This document shows positions 9,731 to 19,572 of a DNA stretch of 64,000 bases, piece by piece. Location: assembly GCA_964106915.2 (NCBI GenBank), contig OZ066919.1; one strand, 5' to 3'. This DNA is from Podarcis gaigeae. Its lineage: Eukaryota. A program made the position numbers and the translations under genes. The notes under the pieces are model-generated. The model was not told where the DNA came from and ran no database searches. It worked only from the letters and a program-made list of their open reading frames with translations. Position 1 is the first letter of the stretch. Every line of letters begins with the position of its first letter.

Positions 9731-11250
9731 GTCGGTTGATTTTGCTGGTTCTGTTGAGGCGTGGCGGAGCGACACTGATTGGCCCAGTGGAAACCTTTTT
9801 TGCAAATGGGGCATTTTGTGCTAGGACGACTTTGCTCTGTATTAGATCTGCACTGTGCACGAAAATGGCCCACTTTGCCACATCCATAGCAGGTTTTATC
9901 CTTTGCAGGATTTTTGGACACAGTGGAGGATAGAGCTGCGGCTAGCAAGCGAGCTTTATGTATCTCAGTCCCCACCGATTGGCAGGCTTTAAGCATATCT
10001 GCAATGGCTACATTGGGAGTTGCCAGCAAAGGGCGTAGTGCTTGCTTACAGTCCTCATTCGTATTATCAAACGCAAGCTGGCGGACAATCACTGCTTGGG
10101 CTGCTACGTCCTGAACTTGCCGTTTAAGGGTGTTATACAAGCGATCGACAAATTGTCCATAGGGCTCTGTAGGACCTTGTCTAACGCTCCCCCATCGGCC
10201 ATCGCGCTCAGTTTTGTCATCAGGGACAGAAGCCAAGGCCTCCTGAGCAGCAGCCGTAGTGGCCTCCCAATATTGAGGATCGAGAGTTAGTTGTTGGGCA
10301 GCAGTAAGAAAATTGCCTCCTCCCGTTAATCCATCGAGGACATCAGCTTGGGTTAACATGACGGGGGGTTGCGGTGGTGCGGCACCAGCAGCGGCAGCAG
10401 CCAAAGCAGCCTGATGATTAGCCAATGCAACATTATTAAGATTATTCCTAATCCCATCTGCACGACGTTGGCAGGCCCAGTGCCAAGCTTGTATAAACAA
10501 AATCATTTGATGAGGCTGCATTACAGTGCGGGCCAACAGCTTAACATCCTCTGGTATCAAATTTTGTTGAAAAATAGTGGCAAACAAGCCCAAGGTGTAA
10601 GGAGATTGCAAGCCATTGTTCTGGACAGAGGAATACAGTTCTTTTATGAATCTCAAATCAAACTGTTCGTGCCGGGCTGGGCCTCCCCCTGGCGCGGCAG
10701 GAGCAATCACAGGAAAAAGATTAGGAGTTGTAGAATCAAAAGCTAGCAACGGAGCAGCGGCGCGAAGAGATTCTTGAAGTGGGGTGGAAGCGGTGCCAGA
10801 TGCCTTGGGCGGAGGAGGTGGAAGAGCGGGGGGTGCTGCAGAATTTGAAGAATGCAGGGGAGTGACAGGAGGAGCCGAAGGGCAAATGTCCGGTGGTTTA
10901 GGAGGCAGGTTTGAGGCAGGCAAAGCGGGAGCTGGGAGGGCAGGCGAAGAAGCTGTTGCGGCAGCCAGAAGAATGTTTGAAGGAGTTAAGCACGACATAG
11001 CTTTGTAGACGTTAGACCAGGCATGCAAAACTTTGACATCAATCTGAGGATGATTTTGAAAGAAGTGTCCAATTTTTTTCCAATCGTCTAACGCATAATT
11101 TCCGTCCTGGGGGAACCAGGGACAGTGAGTGTCCAGGGCTATTATAAGGGACTTAAGGTCAGCTTTCTGAACAGCAAGGTTGTTACTGGCCAAAAGGAAT
11201 TTAAGGTCTTTATAAAAATTTTTCTGTGGTGCAGAGAGAGACTTTCCCAT
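9685..11250 (-). CDS. gag: ERV Gag polyprotein, intact 521 aa
   Basis: MGKSLS myristoylation motif; beta-type matrix CPWFPQDG..W..IG; PSAP late domain; F/PV MA-CA cleavage site; MHR VRQGPTEPYGQFVDRL; two CCHC knuckles CYGCGKVGHFRAQC and CPICKKGFHWANQC. Confidence 0.97.
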   Translation of the reverse strand: MGKSLSAPQKNFYKDLKFLLASNNLAVQKADLKSLIIALDTHCPWFPQDGNYALDDWKKIGHFFQNHPQIDVKVLHAWSNVYKAMSCLTPSNILLAAATASSPALPAPALPASNLPPKPPDICPSAPPVTPLHSSNSAAPPALPPPPPKASGTASTPLQESLRAAAPLLAFDSTTPNLFPVIAPAAPGGGPARHEQFDLRFIKELYSSVQNNGLQSPYTLGLFATIFQQNLIPEDVKLLARTVMQPHQMILFIQAWHWACQRRADGIRNNLNNVALANHQAALAAAAAGAAPPQPPVMLTQADVLDGLTGGGNFLTAAQQLTLDPQYWEATTAAAQEALASVPDDKTERDGRWGSVRQGPTEPYGQFVDRLYNTLKRQVQDVAAQAVIVRQLAFDNTNEDCKQALRPLLATPNVAIADMLKACQSVGTEIHKARLLAAALSSTVSKNPAKDKTCYGCGKVGHFRAQCRSNTEQSRPSTKCPICKKGFHWANQCRSATPQQNQQNQPTGNRQSGPPRAQAQQ

Positions 11251-11274
11251 GATTGCAAGAGTTGCAAAAGAGCA

Positions 11275-11594
11275 GGGAGCACTTACCGGAGGGATCCTTA
11301 GGAGGATGAGGGAGGCGCCTTTTGCCCTGTCCGGGCGGAGATAAGTGCTGATAAATCCGTAACGTAGTCCAGAATCACATTCACACGGGAGCTCTCACCG
11401 GGGATCCACAACGTGGATGAACGACGCGTCTGCAGTCCTGGCAGGCGAGGTGAGGCTGAACGTTGTAAAACAGCATGAAGTCCGAAAGAAATCACACGGG
11501 AGCACTCATCAGGGATCCACTACGTGGATGAACGACGTGTTGGTGAGCGCTGAATAAGACAACGTGAAGTCCGAAGGCCTCACACGGGGCACCA
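11275..11594 (-). repeat. ERV leader made of ~3 tandem ~110-nt repeats
   Basis: GGATCC at 11292, 11402, 11513; TCACACGGG at 11381, 11492, 11580; shared GTGGATGAACGACG and GAAGTCCGAA blocks; major splice donor G|GTAAGT on minus at 11286-11281. Confidence 0.85.
11578..11594 (-). promoter_or_regulatory. Primer-binding site complementary to elongator tRNA-Met
   Basis: Minus strand TGGTGCCCCGTGTGAGG; + strand CCTCACACGGGGCACCA equals the recalled 3' end of vertebrate elongator tRNA-Met(CAU) including CCA. Confidence 0.85.
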
Positions 11595-11596
11595 AT

Positions 11597-12022
11597 TGTC
11601 GAGTTGCAGCTCGGCATTCAAGGAAAAATCAGTCTCACACCATAGTAGGTTCCGAAATATGGCCGCTCCTAGGGCTCATGCAGCACAGCTTTTATTGTGT
11701 GAAATCAGAAAGATACAAAATACAAGCCAAGCAATTTGTTCTAGCAAGCAGATAAGGACCTTCGCACTAGATCAGGCCATGCCACGTTAGCCAATCATAT
11801 AGGACAGCACGAGCTGTCCACGCACTGTTCATGCTCCAAGGATGCTTCTAGCTATGAAATCACCCTGTAACAATAAGAACCTTGCTTATGCTCTCATGTA
11901 CAAGCAATCATTTTCCCACAAGCTAGCAACGGCACGTGACTTTAAATGTTCGTGAAACAGCTGGTCAAGTACTATATGATGCCAAGAGGTCTCTCTTTCC
12001 ACCCGTAATCCTCTTACTCACA
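11597..12022 (-). mobile_element. ERV 5' LTR (~426 bp)
   Basis: Minus strand ends ...CAACTCGACA 2 nt before the PBS; proposed start TGTGAGTAAG is an imperfect inverted repeat of that end; AATAAA on minus at 11691-11696. The 12022 boundary is inferred only. Confidence 0.72.
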
Positions 12023-12463
12023 GCAAAGGATTCTTTTTTTTTTCCCCACAGATGGGGTGGGGCCACAAGCACAGTAAGCTAAGAGCCCAGTCCTTGCTTC
12101 ATTTTGTCTCTCCAGACAACAGTTGGGTTGGGTGGGTGTGCTTTTCCACTGATTTCATTTGGAACATCACCGAGAAGTCTGTGCTAATGGACTTCTCTCA
12201 ACATCCCACCTTAGAAAGTCTCTAGAAAGAGACTTAGCTGTGAGTGTGAACCTGTCTCACTTAGCAAAATGTCAAAACCTGGCCAAGATGTGTCATAAGG
12301 AGGGACTGTTACAAACAATTTCTTTAAGGACGGCCTCATTTTGAGGCCTCTTTGCATTTAACACTGTTTGTAAATGAAAGATAGCAGACTGGTACTTTGC
12401 TGACATTAAATATACAGTGTACGGTATATACACAGAGGAGCCCATATTATTAGTCTGTCATTA

Positions 12464-12600
12464 GCCTTCCCCAACCTGGTGCCCTCCAGGTGTCTTAGAC
12501 TTGAACTCCCATGAGCCACAGACAGGTTGGCCAGTGGTCAAGGATAATGGGAGTTATAGTCCAAAACATTTTGGTGGGCACAAGGCTGTGGAAGGCTGGT
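12464..12600. mobile_element. Short palindromic MITE, multi-copy family
   Basis: CCAACCTGGTGCCCTCCA...ACT..AACTCCC...GGGAGTT.TAGTCCAAAACA; related copies near 7320, 25225, 25740, 32400, 36980, 43250 and 52790. Confidence 0.7.
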
Positions 12601-13982
12601 CTAAATGCTTTATCAGAATTACAGCCTTATCTCTAGTCTTGTTTATCTAGTTCATTTTGTCCTGTGGGAAACATTCATAGGACTCCAGGCAAATGCTGCA
12701 ATCTTACACACATTTACTTTGGAATTAGCTCTAGCGAAGAACTTCTGTGTAAAAATGCAAAAGGATCAAGCTCTTAATTACATATTTCCTGTTCAGCACG
12801 CACTCTGCCCAGTACAGTCCATGTAAATGACACTAGATTAGTCCAAGGATTCTATTATATGAGTGTTCCTCAAATCTAGTTCTCCTGAACTCAAAGGTGT
12901 GTTTAGCCATTCAAATACTTTGACAGGATGGCATCCTTCCTACGTCTCCCTGCTGTTCTTCAGAAGACAGCTTAACCTGAAATATTTTTCTTCCTGCATA
13001 TGTAATACGACGGTTGCAATTGTCACTGTGCTTGTGTGTTTGGACGACTGCATTAAAATTGTAGAGCATATAATTTGTGCACTGAAAAGAAAGCTGCTCA
13101 GGCTGCAATCAGCATGGGATTTGTGGCTTTTGGGGATTTATGGCTTGTCTCGTGAAAAATAAATTGCACTTGGCAGTGAGATATAAATTCTGATGCTGTT
13201 AAGACACTGTTCTGCTCTTTCCTTTTGACGGAATAGGAAAAGGATTTAAATTCCTGTTGGCTGAAGACATCAGCCTCATGTGCCCCCGACATCTGAATAG
13301 ACTCTCTTGGCGTATATTAAACATTGGGCTGCGTTAACGAGCTCACAGATTGCGCTACAATTACACTTTCAGCATTTTTTTAAAAAAAAAATTCAGCTAC
13401 AATGACAGCTTTTTGTAGGCTGAGATTTCTGTCGTTTGCAGGCAAAGCCTCTGGCCTTTGAGAGCTGCATAACAGGCAAAGTTCAGCTAAAGGGTTAACC
13501 TTTCTAAAAGTCTGCTGGAAAGCTTTATATTATACCTAAATGGGATTGACACATGATTACACCTATCCCAGTGCTTCTCAGGCAGTGGGTTAAGATCCAC
13601 CAGTGGACCTTGGTGTACTTTCAGATGAGTCTTAGCACCACAGATTCCTCCTCCCCAACCCCAACCCCCACTGTTATCCCTGTGGCATAACCGTTTGTTT
13701 AGACCAGTGGCAGCACCAGCGAATCCTTACATGCTGAGTAAAGGGGCCAAGGGACAAGTTCAGGTAGGGAGAAGAGGGAAGGAAAGTTTCCCTCCTCTGC
13801 TGTGAAGAAACCAGAAGACATGTGGAAGGAAATTAGAAAGTGAGAAACGAGATCACCATTCGTTATTGTTGCTGGTGTTGTTAAATAAATGAATTGGGAA
13901 TAGAAAAGGAGGAGATAAGTGGAAAGCGATTATAAGAGGGACAAGTGACTATAAAAGAACCAGGGAGAAGGAAAGAAAGTTA

Positions 13983-14237
13983 AGAAGAAGAAGAAAAAAA
14001 AGAGTTTGGATTTGATATCCCGCTTTATCATTACCCGAAGGAGTCTCAAAGCGGCTAACATTCTCCTTTCCCTTCCTCCCCCACAACAAACACTCTGTGA
14101 GGTGAGTGGGGCTGAGAGACTTCAGAGAAGTGTGACTAGCCCAAGGTCACCCAGCAGCTGCATGTGGAGGAGCGGAGACGCAAACCCGGTTCACCAGATT
14201 ACGAATCTACTGCTCTTAACCACTACATCACACTGGC
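13983..14237 (-). mobile_element. tRNA/CORE SINE with L2-type tail (Squam3/MIR-like)
   Basis: Minus strand GCCAGTGTG.TGTAGTGGTTAAGAGC head, GGGTGACCTTGGGCTAGTCAC CORE block, AGCCGCTTTGAG tail, (TTC)n end. Confidence 0.8.
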
Positions 14238-14252
14238 CCTTAAGGTTAAGGA

Positions 14253-14456
14253 TATAAGAAGCACCTGCTGGATCAAGCCAAAGGCCCATCTAGTCCAGCA
14301 TCCTGCTCTTGCAGCGGCCAACCAGATACCTGTAGGAAGCCTTCAAGCAGGACCTGAACACAACAGCACTCTTCCCTCCTGCATTTTCCAGCAACTGGTA
14401 TTCAGAAGCACATTGCCTCTGGCAGTGGGGGTAGAACATGGCCACTATGGCTAGTA
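14253..14456 (-). mobile_element. CR1 LINE 3' end
   Basis: ATAAGAAG..CCTGCTGGATCA.GCCAAAGGCCCATCTAGTCCAGCATCCTG motif, shared with copies at ~2714, ~19573 and ~25870. Confidence 0.7.
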
Positions 14457-14707
14457 CAGTGATACCTTGGTCATCGAACAGCTTGGCTCCCGAACAAATC
14501 GGCTCCCAAACGCCGCAAACCCGGAAGTAAGTGTTCCGGTTTGCAAACGTTTTTTGGAAGCCGAACGTCTCACTCGGCTTCTGTGGCTTCCTATTGAGTG
14601 CAGGAAGCTCCTGCAACCAATCAGGAGCCACACCTTGGTTTTCAAACGGTTCCAGGAGTCTAATAGACTCCTGGAATGGATTAAGTTCAACAACCAAGGT
14701 ACCTCTG
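14457..14707. mobile_element. Tc1/mariner-type MITE nested in a CR1 3' end
   Basis: TA|CAGTGATACCTTGG...CCAAGGTACCTCTG|TA. Confidence 0.85.
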
Positions 14708-16626
14708 TAGTCATGGATAAGGGGTTGGAGTGGGGGAGAACATAAGGTACAAGCAGTGAGGAGGGGAGAAGAAATTACAGGATATGGGTAAAAATACTTT
14801 GAGAGGCATGTGGAAGTGAAAGGTCATTCATCTCCTTGTTGAGGCCCTGAATCAGCAAATTCTGCCTAAAATGGGGAGGCTGAGTCTCAACATCTCCAGA
14901 GCAAATGTCGGTACTTAGCATGATGAAAGCTGAGCTATGGAATTCCTTGCCACAAGGAAGGAACTTTAGCAATTTCCAAAGATGGATTAGATATCAGTAG
15001 AAGCTGTTATCAGTATGGTAATTGCCAGCTGATTATGCCAGTCTCTGCCTCCATCTTGTCACTGGCTTAGCCCTTGAATCACCACTTTGTGACTGGCGGG
15101 CCTTAAGTAATTTTCAGCAATTTCAAATGGATCTTGTGCGTAGAGAATTTGAGAACCACTGATCACTAAAATAGAGCCATGGGGGTGGGGCTAATCAAGG
15201 TGGCTTTTGCATTCTGACAACAAATGCTAGAATTCTTCACTCCTGCTGTGACTTTTGTTCTTGCTGAATTTGTCACTGGTTCATTTGAGTTTCTCTGTCG
15301 GTCTGTCTCCCCTGGCTTAGCATATTTCTTTTGAGGACTGTGCATCCTGTTTGCTGTGAACTAAGATATGTGTGTGAGTGCGCACACACGCTGAAGGGGC
15401 AGAATCTGACAGCAATCATAATAAGCAGCCCAACATTCTAGTTCTTTCTGCAAATTCAAGCTTGGGTTATATATTACATGAAAGTTAGCACCATGATTGA
15501 CAGCTGCAAAGATTACTGCCTGCCCTGGATAGGGCCTTAAACAAAGCCTTTGTACCTTGGCAAAATTGGGGGGGGGGGGCTGGGACTGGGACTGGGACTG
15601 GGAAGGGGAATACAGCCAGTCAAATCTACTCATCTACTTGGCAGGCATTCTGCTGTCAGCCTATTTGAATCTCCGGCTTTAATAAAGACATCCAGAGTTC
15701 TCTGCATTTCTGCATTTCGGAGTGGAGGGAATGAAGATAGTTTTGATTTTCTTTCCTCAGAACAAATAGGTGTATGTGGTGGGATTTGGGGGATCCTATC
15801 AAAATAGCCTAGGCAGAAGATGTCGATCCCACATAACTGGATGCAAGGCTTGAACTGAGATAGTTCTTATAAGTTGCCATTCTGTACATGAATTCCCACC
15901 CCCACCCCCACCGGAGGGGTTTCTTTTGGCTTGATTTATTTATTATAAATTATAATGTAACTGCATGGACAAAGAATAACCTGCCACTGACAGAGCACAG
16001 CTCAGTGGTTATCCATGAGATGCTAAAGTTCAACAGAGAGGCCCACTGCTAATCATATCAACCAGCTCTGACCCCACATCACCTTCCGTGTCTGTAATAA
16101 TTATTTTTCCCCTGTAAGACTTTCTACTTCTTTTGCCCTAGATTCCATCTCCAGAAATAGATTTCTCTGGAAGTAGGCAGGGGATTGTGCAGTTGGCATG
16201 TGTGGTTTGTGGGTAGGTGAGCACTCATTTGCAAGGCGACCTTTTTGATTAATTCTGTCTCCAGTATTTGTGTGGGAGAAAGGGAGGCAGGGAGCGTTAG
16301 CACATAGTGTATATTGGTATAGATAAAGAAGAGCTGGTTCTATTGTAGCTATGTACCTGTGAGAGCAAGATGTATATTCCGCCCGTGTTCTCTACATGCA
16401 TCAATTTATTTCTCTGGACCAAGGGGTTTATTGCATAATGTAGTCAGGCAAGTTTTCCCACATCTGGGTCGATAAACAGAGGCAAGCTGTGATTTGTTAG
16501 TGAGTGAAGGCTGCAAATCAGTAGTCCCTGCCTAGGAATGCTTCTCCTATAATGTAGCCTAGATATTTTTATGCTTTGGCAATGCCTTTTCTGTGTACCA
16601 TTTAAAGTACACAGAACCCTTTAGGA

Positions 16627-16992
16627 AAGGAGTGGGGAACCTCAGGACCAAATGTGCCCCTCCAGGCTTCTTTACACAGCCCTCAGCCTTCTCTCCAGGC
16701 CACTAGGCTCAACAGCCCTGCTCTTCACCCTCCTTGAGTGCTTTTGCATGGCTGGAATGTGAACAATGGTAATGTCTCTTGCTTGTGCAGATGGTGGAAG
16801 AGGATGGTGCATTGGCTTGTGTGTGTACAAACTTCTGGCTTTTGCATGGATGGAAATTAGCTTAGTCTACAGTATTAATAAGGGTCACACCCTTTGCTCT
16901 GGCCACTCCCATTTTGCCTCTAGCCCTGCCCATCACTGGCATGCAGACACCAGAAGGTGACCCCATGTGCTGAAACAGGTTCCCTACTGTGC
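16627..16992. mobile_element. hAT-type MITE
   Basis: GTGGGGAACCT near the left end and AGGTTCCCTAC near the right end; TSD not resolved. Confidence 0.55.
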
Positions 16993-17349
16993 CTTATGAA
17001 AACAGTAATTTACAGACAACAATATCTATTGTGCTCATAGGACTAGTTCGAACCAATGGAAACCCCCAGCTTTGGCAAGGATTGTAAAGCATTTTGTGCA
17101 AATCTAAATACCTACATAAATGATGAAATGAGGGTGATGATGTCTTGTTGTTCTGGGATGAAGCCTGCCTGATTGTGGTTGATGTAGTGGCCAATAATTC
17201 TGCTAAGGTGGGAGGTAAGGACAACAGTGGGGGAAATTGTGTCCTGGTTCAAAAGAGCATGTTCTTATGGTTGGCTGTTTTTTGTTGTAATCACTTCCAT
17301 CCACACATAAGGCAGAGGCTTCTCCTGTAAAATAGCATTAGATAGGACA

Positions 17350-17492
17350 CATGGGCATAGCCAGGATTTTTGTTGGGGGGGGCAGGCTTTTGTTATGAGG
17401 GTAGAACCTCAGATTTGTATTGATTTGGATTGGTTTTTATTTATTTAGGAGGGCAGCTGCCCGTCCCCTGTCTCCCCTTGGCCACACCCATG
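17350..17492. mobile_element. Small hAT-type MITE
   Basis: TIRs CATGGGCATAGCCA / TGGCCACACCCATG; perfect 8-bp TSD ATAGGACA. Confidence 0.8.
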
Positions 17493-18578
17493 ATAGGACA
17501 CCTAAGTTAGGCAAGACTTGCTTGTTATACAATAAATAAAGCAATAAAATTCCCAGATGCACCCAGAGGCTTTGTAGAGCACTTCATGCATATGTCAGTT
17601 CTGGCATTCAAAGTCTATGTGCCAGATCTCCAAAATTCTGAGACAGAGTTAAAAACCCAACACTCCAAAAATGTTTTGTGTTCTCACATTTTGTCAGGGG
17701 TGGGTTTTGTTTTTGGTGTTTTGGTTTTCTTAGAGTAATGTATGGATTCCACAAGCACAAGGGTTGTAATTAATATTGACTTGTGTTGACTTATTCTAAT
17801 TCTGGCACATGTCAGCTGTGTCTTAGCAGTCGCTTTGGCATGCATCTTCTGTTTTGCTGTGAAATTATCTCATATGCGTTCCAATCTCTTGTCTCCAGCC
17901 TGCGCTGCCTTCTGACCATCTGGTTGCCTAATGTTACTCAATTGGTCTCTTACGTTACCCTTGTGGTGCCAAATGTCTTTGAAGTAACTAGAAATCTCCC
18001 AACCCGTATAGATCAGAACTAGGAGCTGGTGTTGTGGGGCCTGAGAATCACATGCATCTGGGTATTTGCTGTTACATTTAAAGCATTAAAGTTGTGATCC
18101 TGGGTTTAAGTCTCATAGAACCCGGTGTTACTCGCTTCTGAGCAGACCTGCATAGCATTGTAGTGTAAGGTTTTGTTTTGTTTTTAAAGAGCAACTCAGT
18201 ACTCTCCACTTTACACAGCAAATTGAGTTTTCCTTCATCTGCCTGATGAAGGAAAGGTGGGAGCAGAAATATCCTAAGAAATACTGGCAAGACTGGCAGT
18301 CCTGTCTAAAGTTGACTGTATTAATTTTGTGTTTAAAATGATGCCTTAGGGTATAGTGGAACTTAAATGTAAATTGTATGTCCCAGATTTGTATTCAGTT
18401 TGTTCTGAGATTTTTAAAAAAAATTAACCATATATCTTGGATTAAAGTCAGGTGAGGCTTTTCTTACATCAGTTCATTCTTTTGTGAAGGTGGAAAATGA
18501 AATGATGACATGTATTGATGGAATTATATGATGATCTTGCTAAAGCTACTGGTCTTGCTATATCTACTAAAGCGTGAG

Positions 18579-19338
18579 TGTCAGGGGTTCAGAAGGAGAG
18601 ACACAGGAGGGGGAGCAAATGGAGAGTGAGGAGGAAGAGGACGAAGGGGGAGCAGGAAGTGACAGCTGCCAGAGTCATTCCGCAAGCCTCTCTAGTGAAT
18701 CGGAAGACTCGCAGAAGGGAGCACCGATGGCCAGAGCAAGGGAGATTCCAGGGGAGAAACCTCAAGAGGGAGGGGCCAGCGGGGAGTCCCTGAGCAGCAG
18801 TTGGAAATCGGGACCAGCTTCCCCACCAGAGCGCAGTGGGGAGGGGGAGTCCCAGGAGTCGGAACCAGTGTTCTTGCCACCAGCGGGAGGAGAGGAGGCA
18901 GGGCTGGCCACGCCCACATCCGGAAGCGGGGAAACGGTCAGAAGGAAGGTTACCGGCTGGGCGCGCGCGCCAAGTTCAAATGTACAGGCGAGCGGCACAG
19001 CGGGGAGTCCTGACAGGGAGCCAGGTCCTAAAGCCCGCCGGAAGGAAGGGCGGGACTCAGGGGGGTCAGCTTCAGAGGAATCAAGGAAGGAGATAACCCC
19101 AGAGGGCAGAAGGACCCAGCGTAGGAAGGAGCAGCGTAGGAGGTGGAGCAAAGCGAGAATCTTAAACTGGTGTGGCTTTAGCAGCGAGTCAGAGGGGACT
19201 TAGCCGGTCTAGCGTTAAGACGTGGGTCTGCGCGCCCAGAGCTTGGAAATGGAAACTAAACTTCAATAAAGACTTTTGTATATAATATCCACTGGGCGTT
19301 GGTCCTCTGTGAGCTGGGACCTAGCGGCAGTCCTGACA
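18579..19338 (+). mobile_element. Solo LTR (760 bp, probably Gypsy-type) with 5-bp TSD
   Basis: Termini TGTCAGG...CCTGACA; perfect TSD GTGAG at 18574-18578 and 19339-19343; AATAAA at 19265-19270; CpG-rich, so likely young. Confidence 0.9.
18619..19203 (+). CDS. Putative LTR(U3)-encoded protein, 194 aa, acidic/Ser-rich with C-terminal Arg-rich motif
   Basis: Frame open from the start of the LTR to 19203; MESEEEEDE...RRTQRRKEQRRRWSKARILNW; expression unproven. Confidence 0.45.
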   Translation: MESEEEEDEGGAGSDSCQSHSASLSSESEDSQKGAPMARAREIPGEKPQEGGASGESLSSSWKSGPASPPERSGEGESQESEPVFLPPAGGEEAGLATPTSGSGETVRRKVTGWARAPSSNVQASGTAGSPDREPGPKARRKEGRDSGGSASEESRKEITPEGRRTQRRKEQRRRWSKARILNWCGFSSESEGT

Positions 19339-19572
19339 GTGAGAATCACCTAACCAGCCCCCTTAGTGGAAACCCTGCACAAGGACTTCCACTTGCACAA
19401 AGGGGCTTCTTCCTCTCTCCTTTCCCTATGCACCCCTGGAATTGGTTTAGGGAGGGGGTCTGGAGGACCCCCAGAACAGCATGTAGAGGAGTCATTCTAC
19501 CTGGCAGGCTGCAGTGCTTACACAGATGGAATGTTTGGAAGAGCGCAACATTGAGTTCTGCCCAAAGCTTTT

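Larger units (their letters stand above)
8753..12022 (-). mobile_element. Truncated class II (betaretrovirus-like) endogenous retrovirus: 5'LTR-PBS-leader-gag-pro-pol stub
   Basis: Gene order and motifs listed in the following features; no 3' LTR, PPT or matching TSD at the left end. Confidence 0.93.

Noticed and set aside
9140-11008. Antisense and alternative-frame ORFs overlapping gag/pro
   Set aside because: Short shadow ORFs with no motifs; mostly non-ATG starts
12031-12079. Strong acceptor (T-run CCCCACAG) and ACA|GTAAGC donor next to the ERV LTR
   Set aside because: Would give a 22-nt frameshifting exon with no other support
13040-13540. Possible conserved non-coding element (repeat-free, some retained CpGs)
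   Set aside because: Cannot be supported without a multi-species alignment
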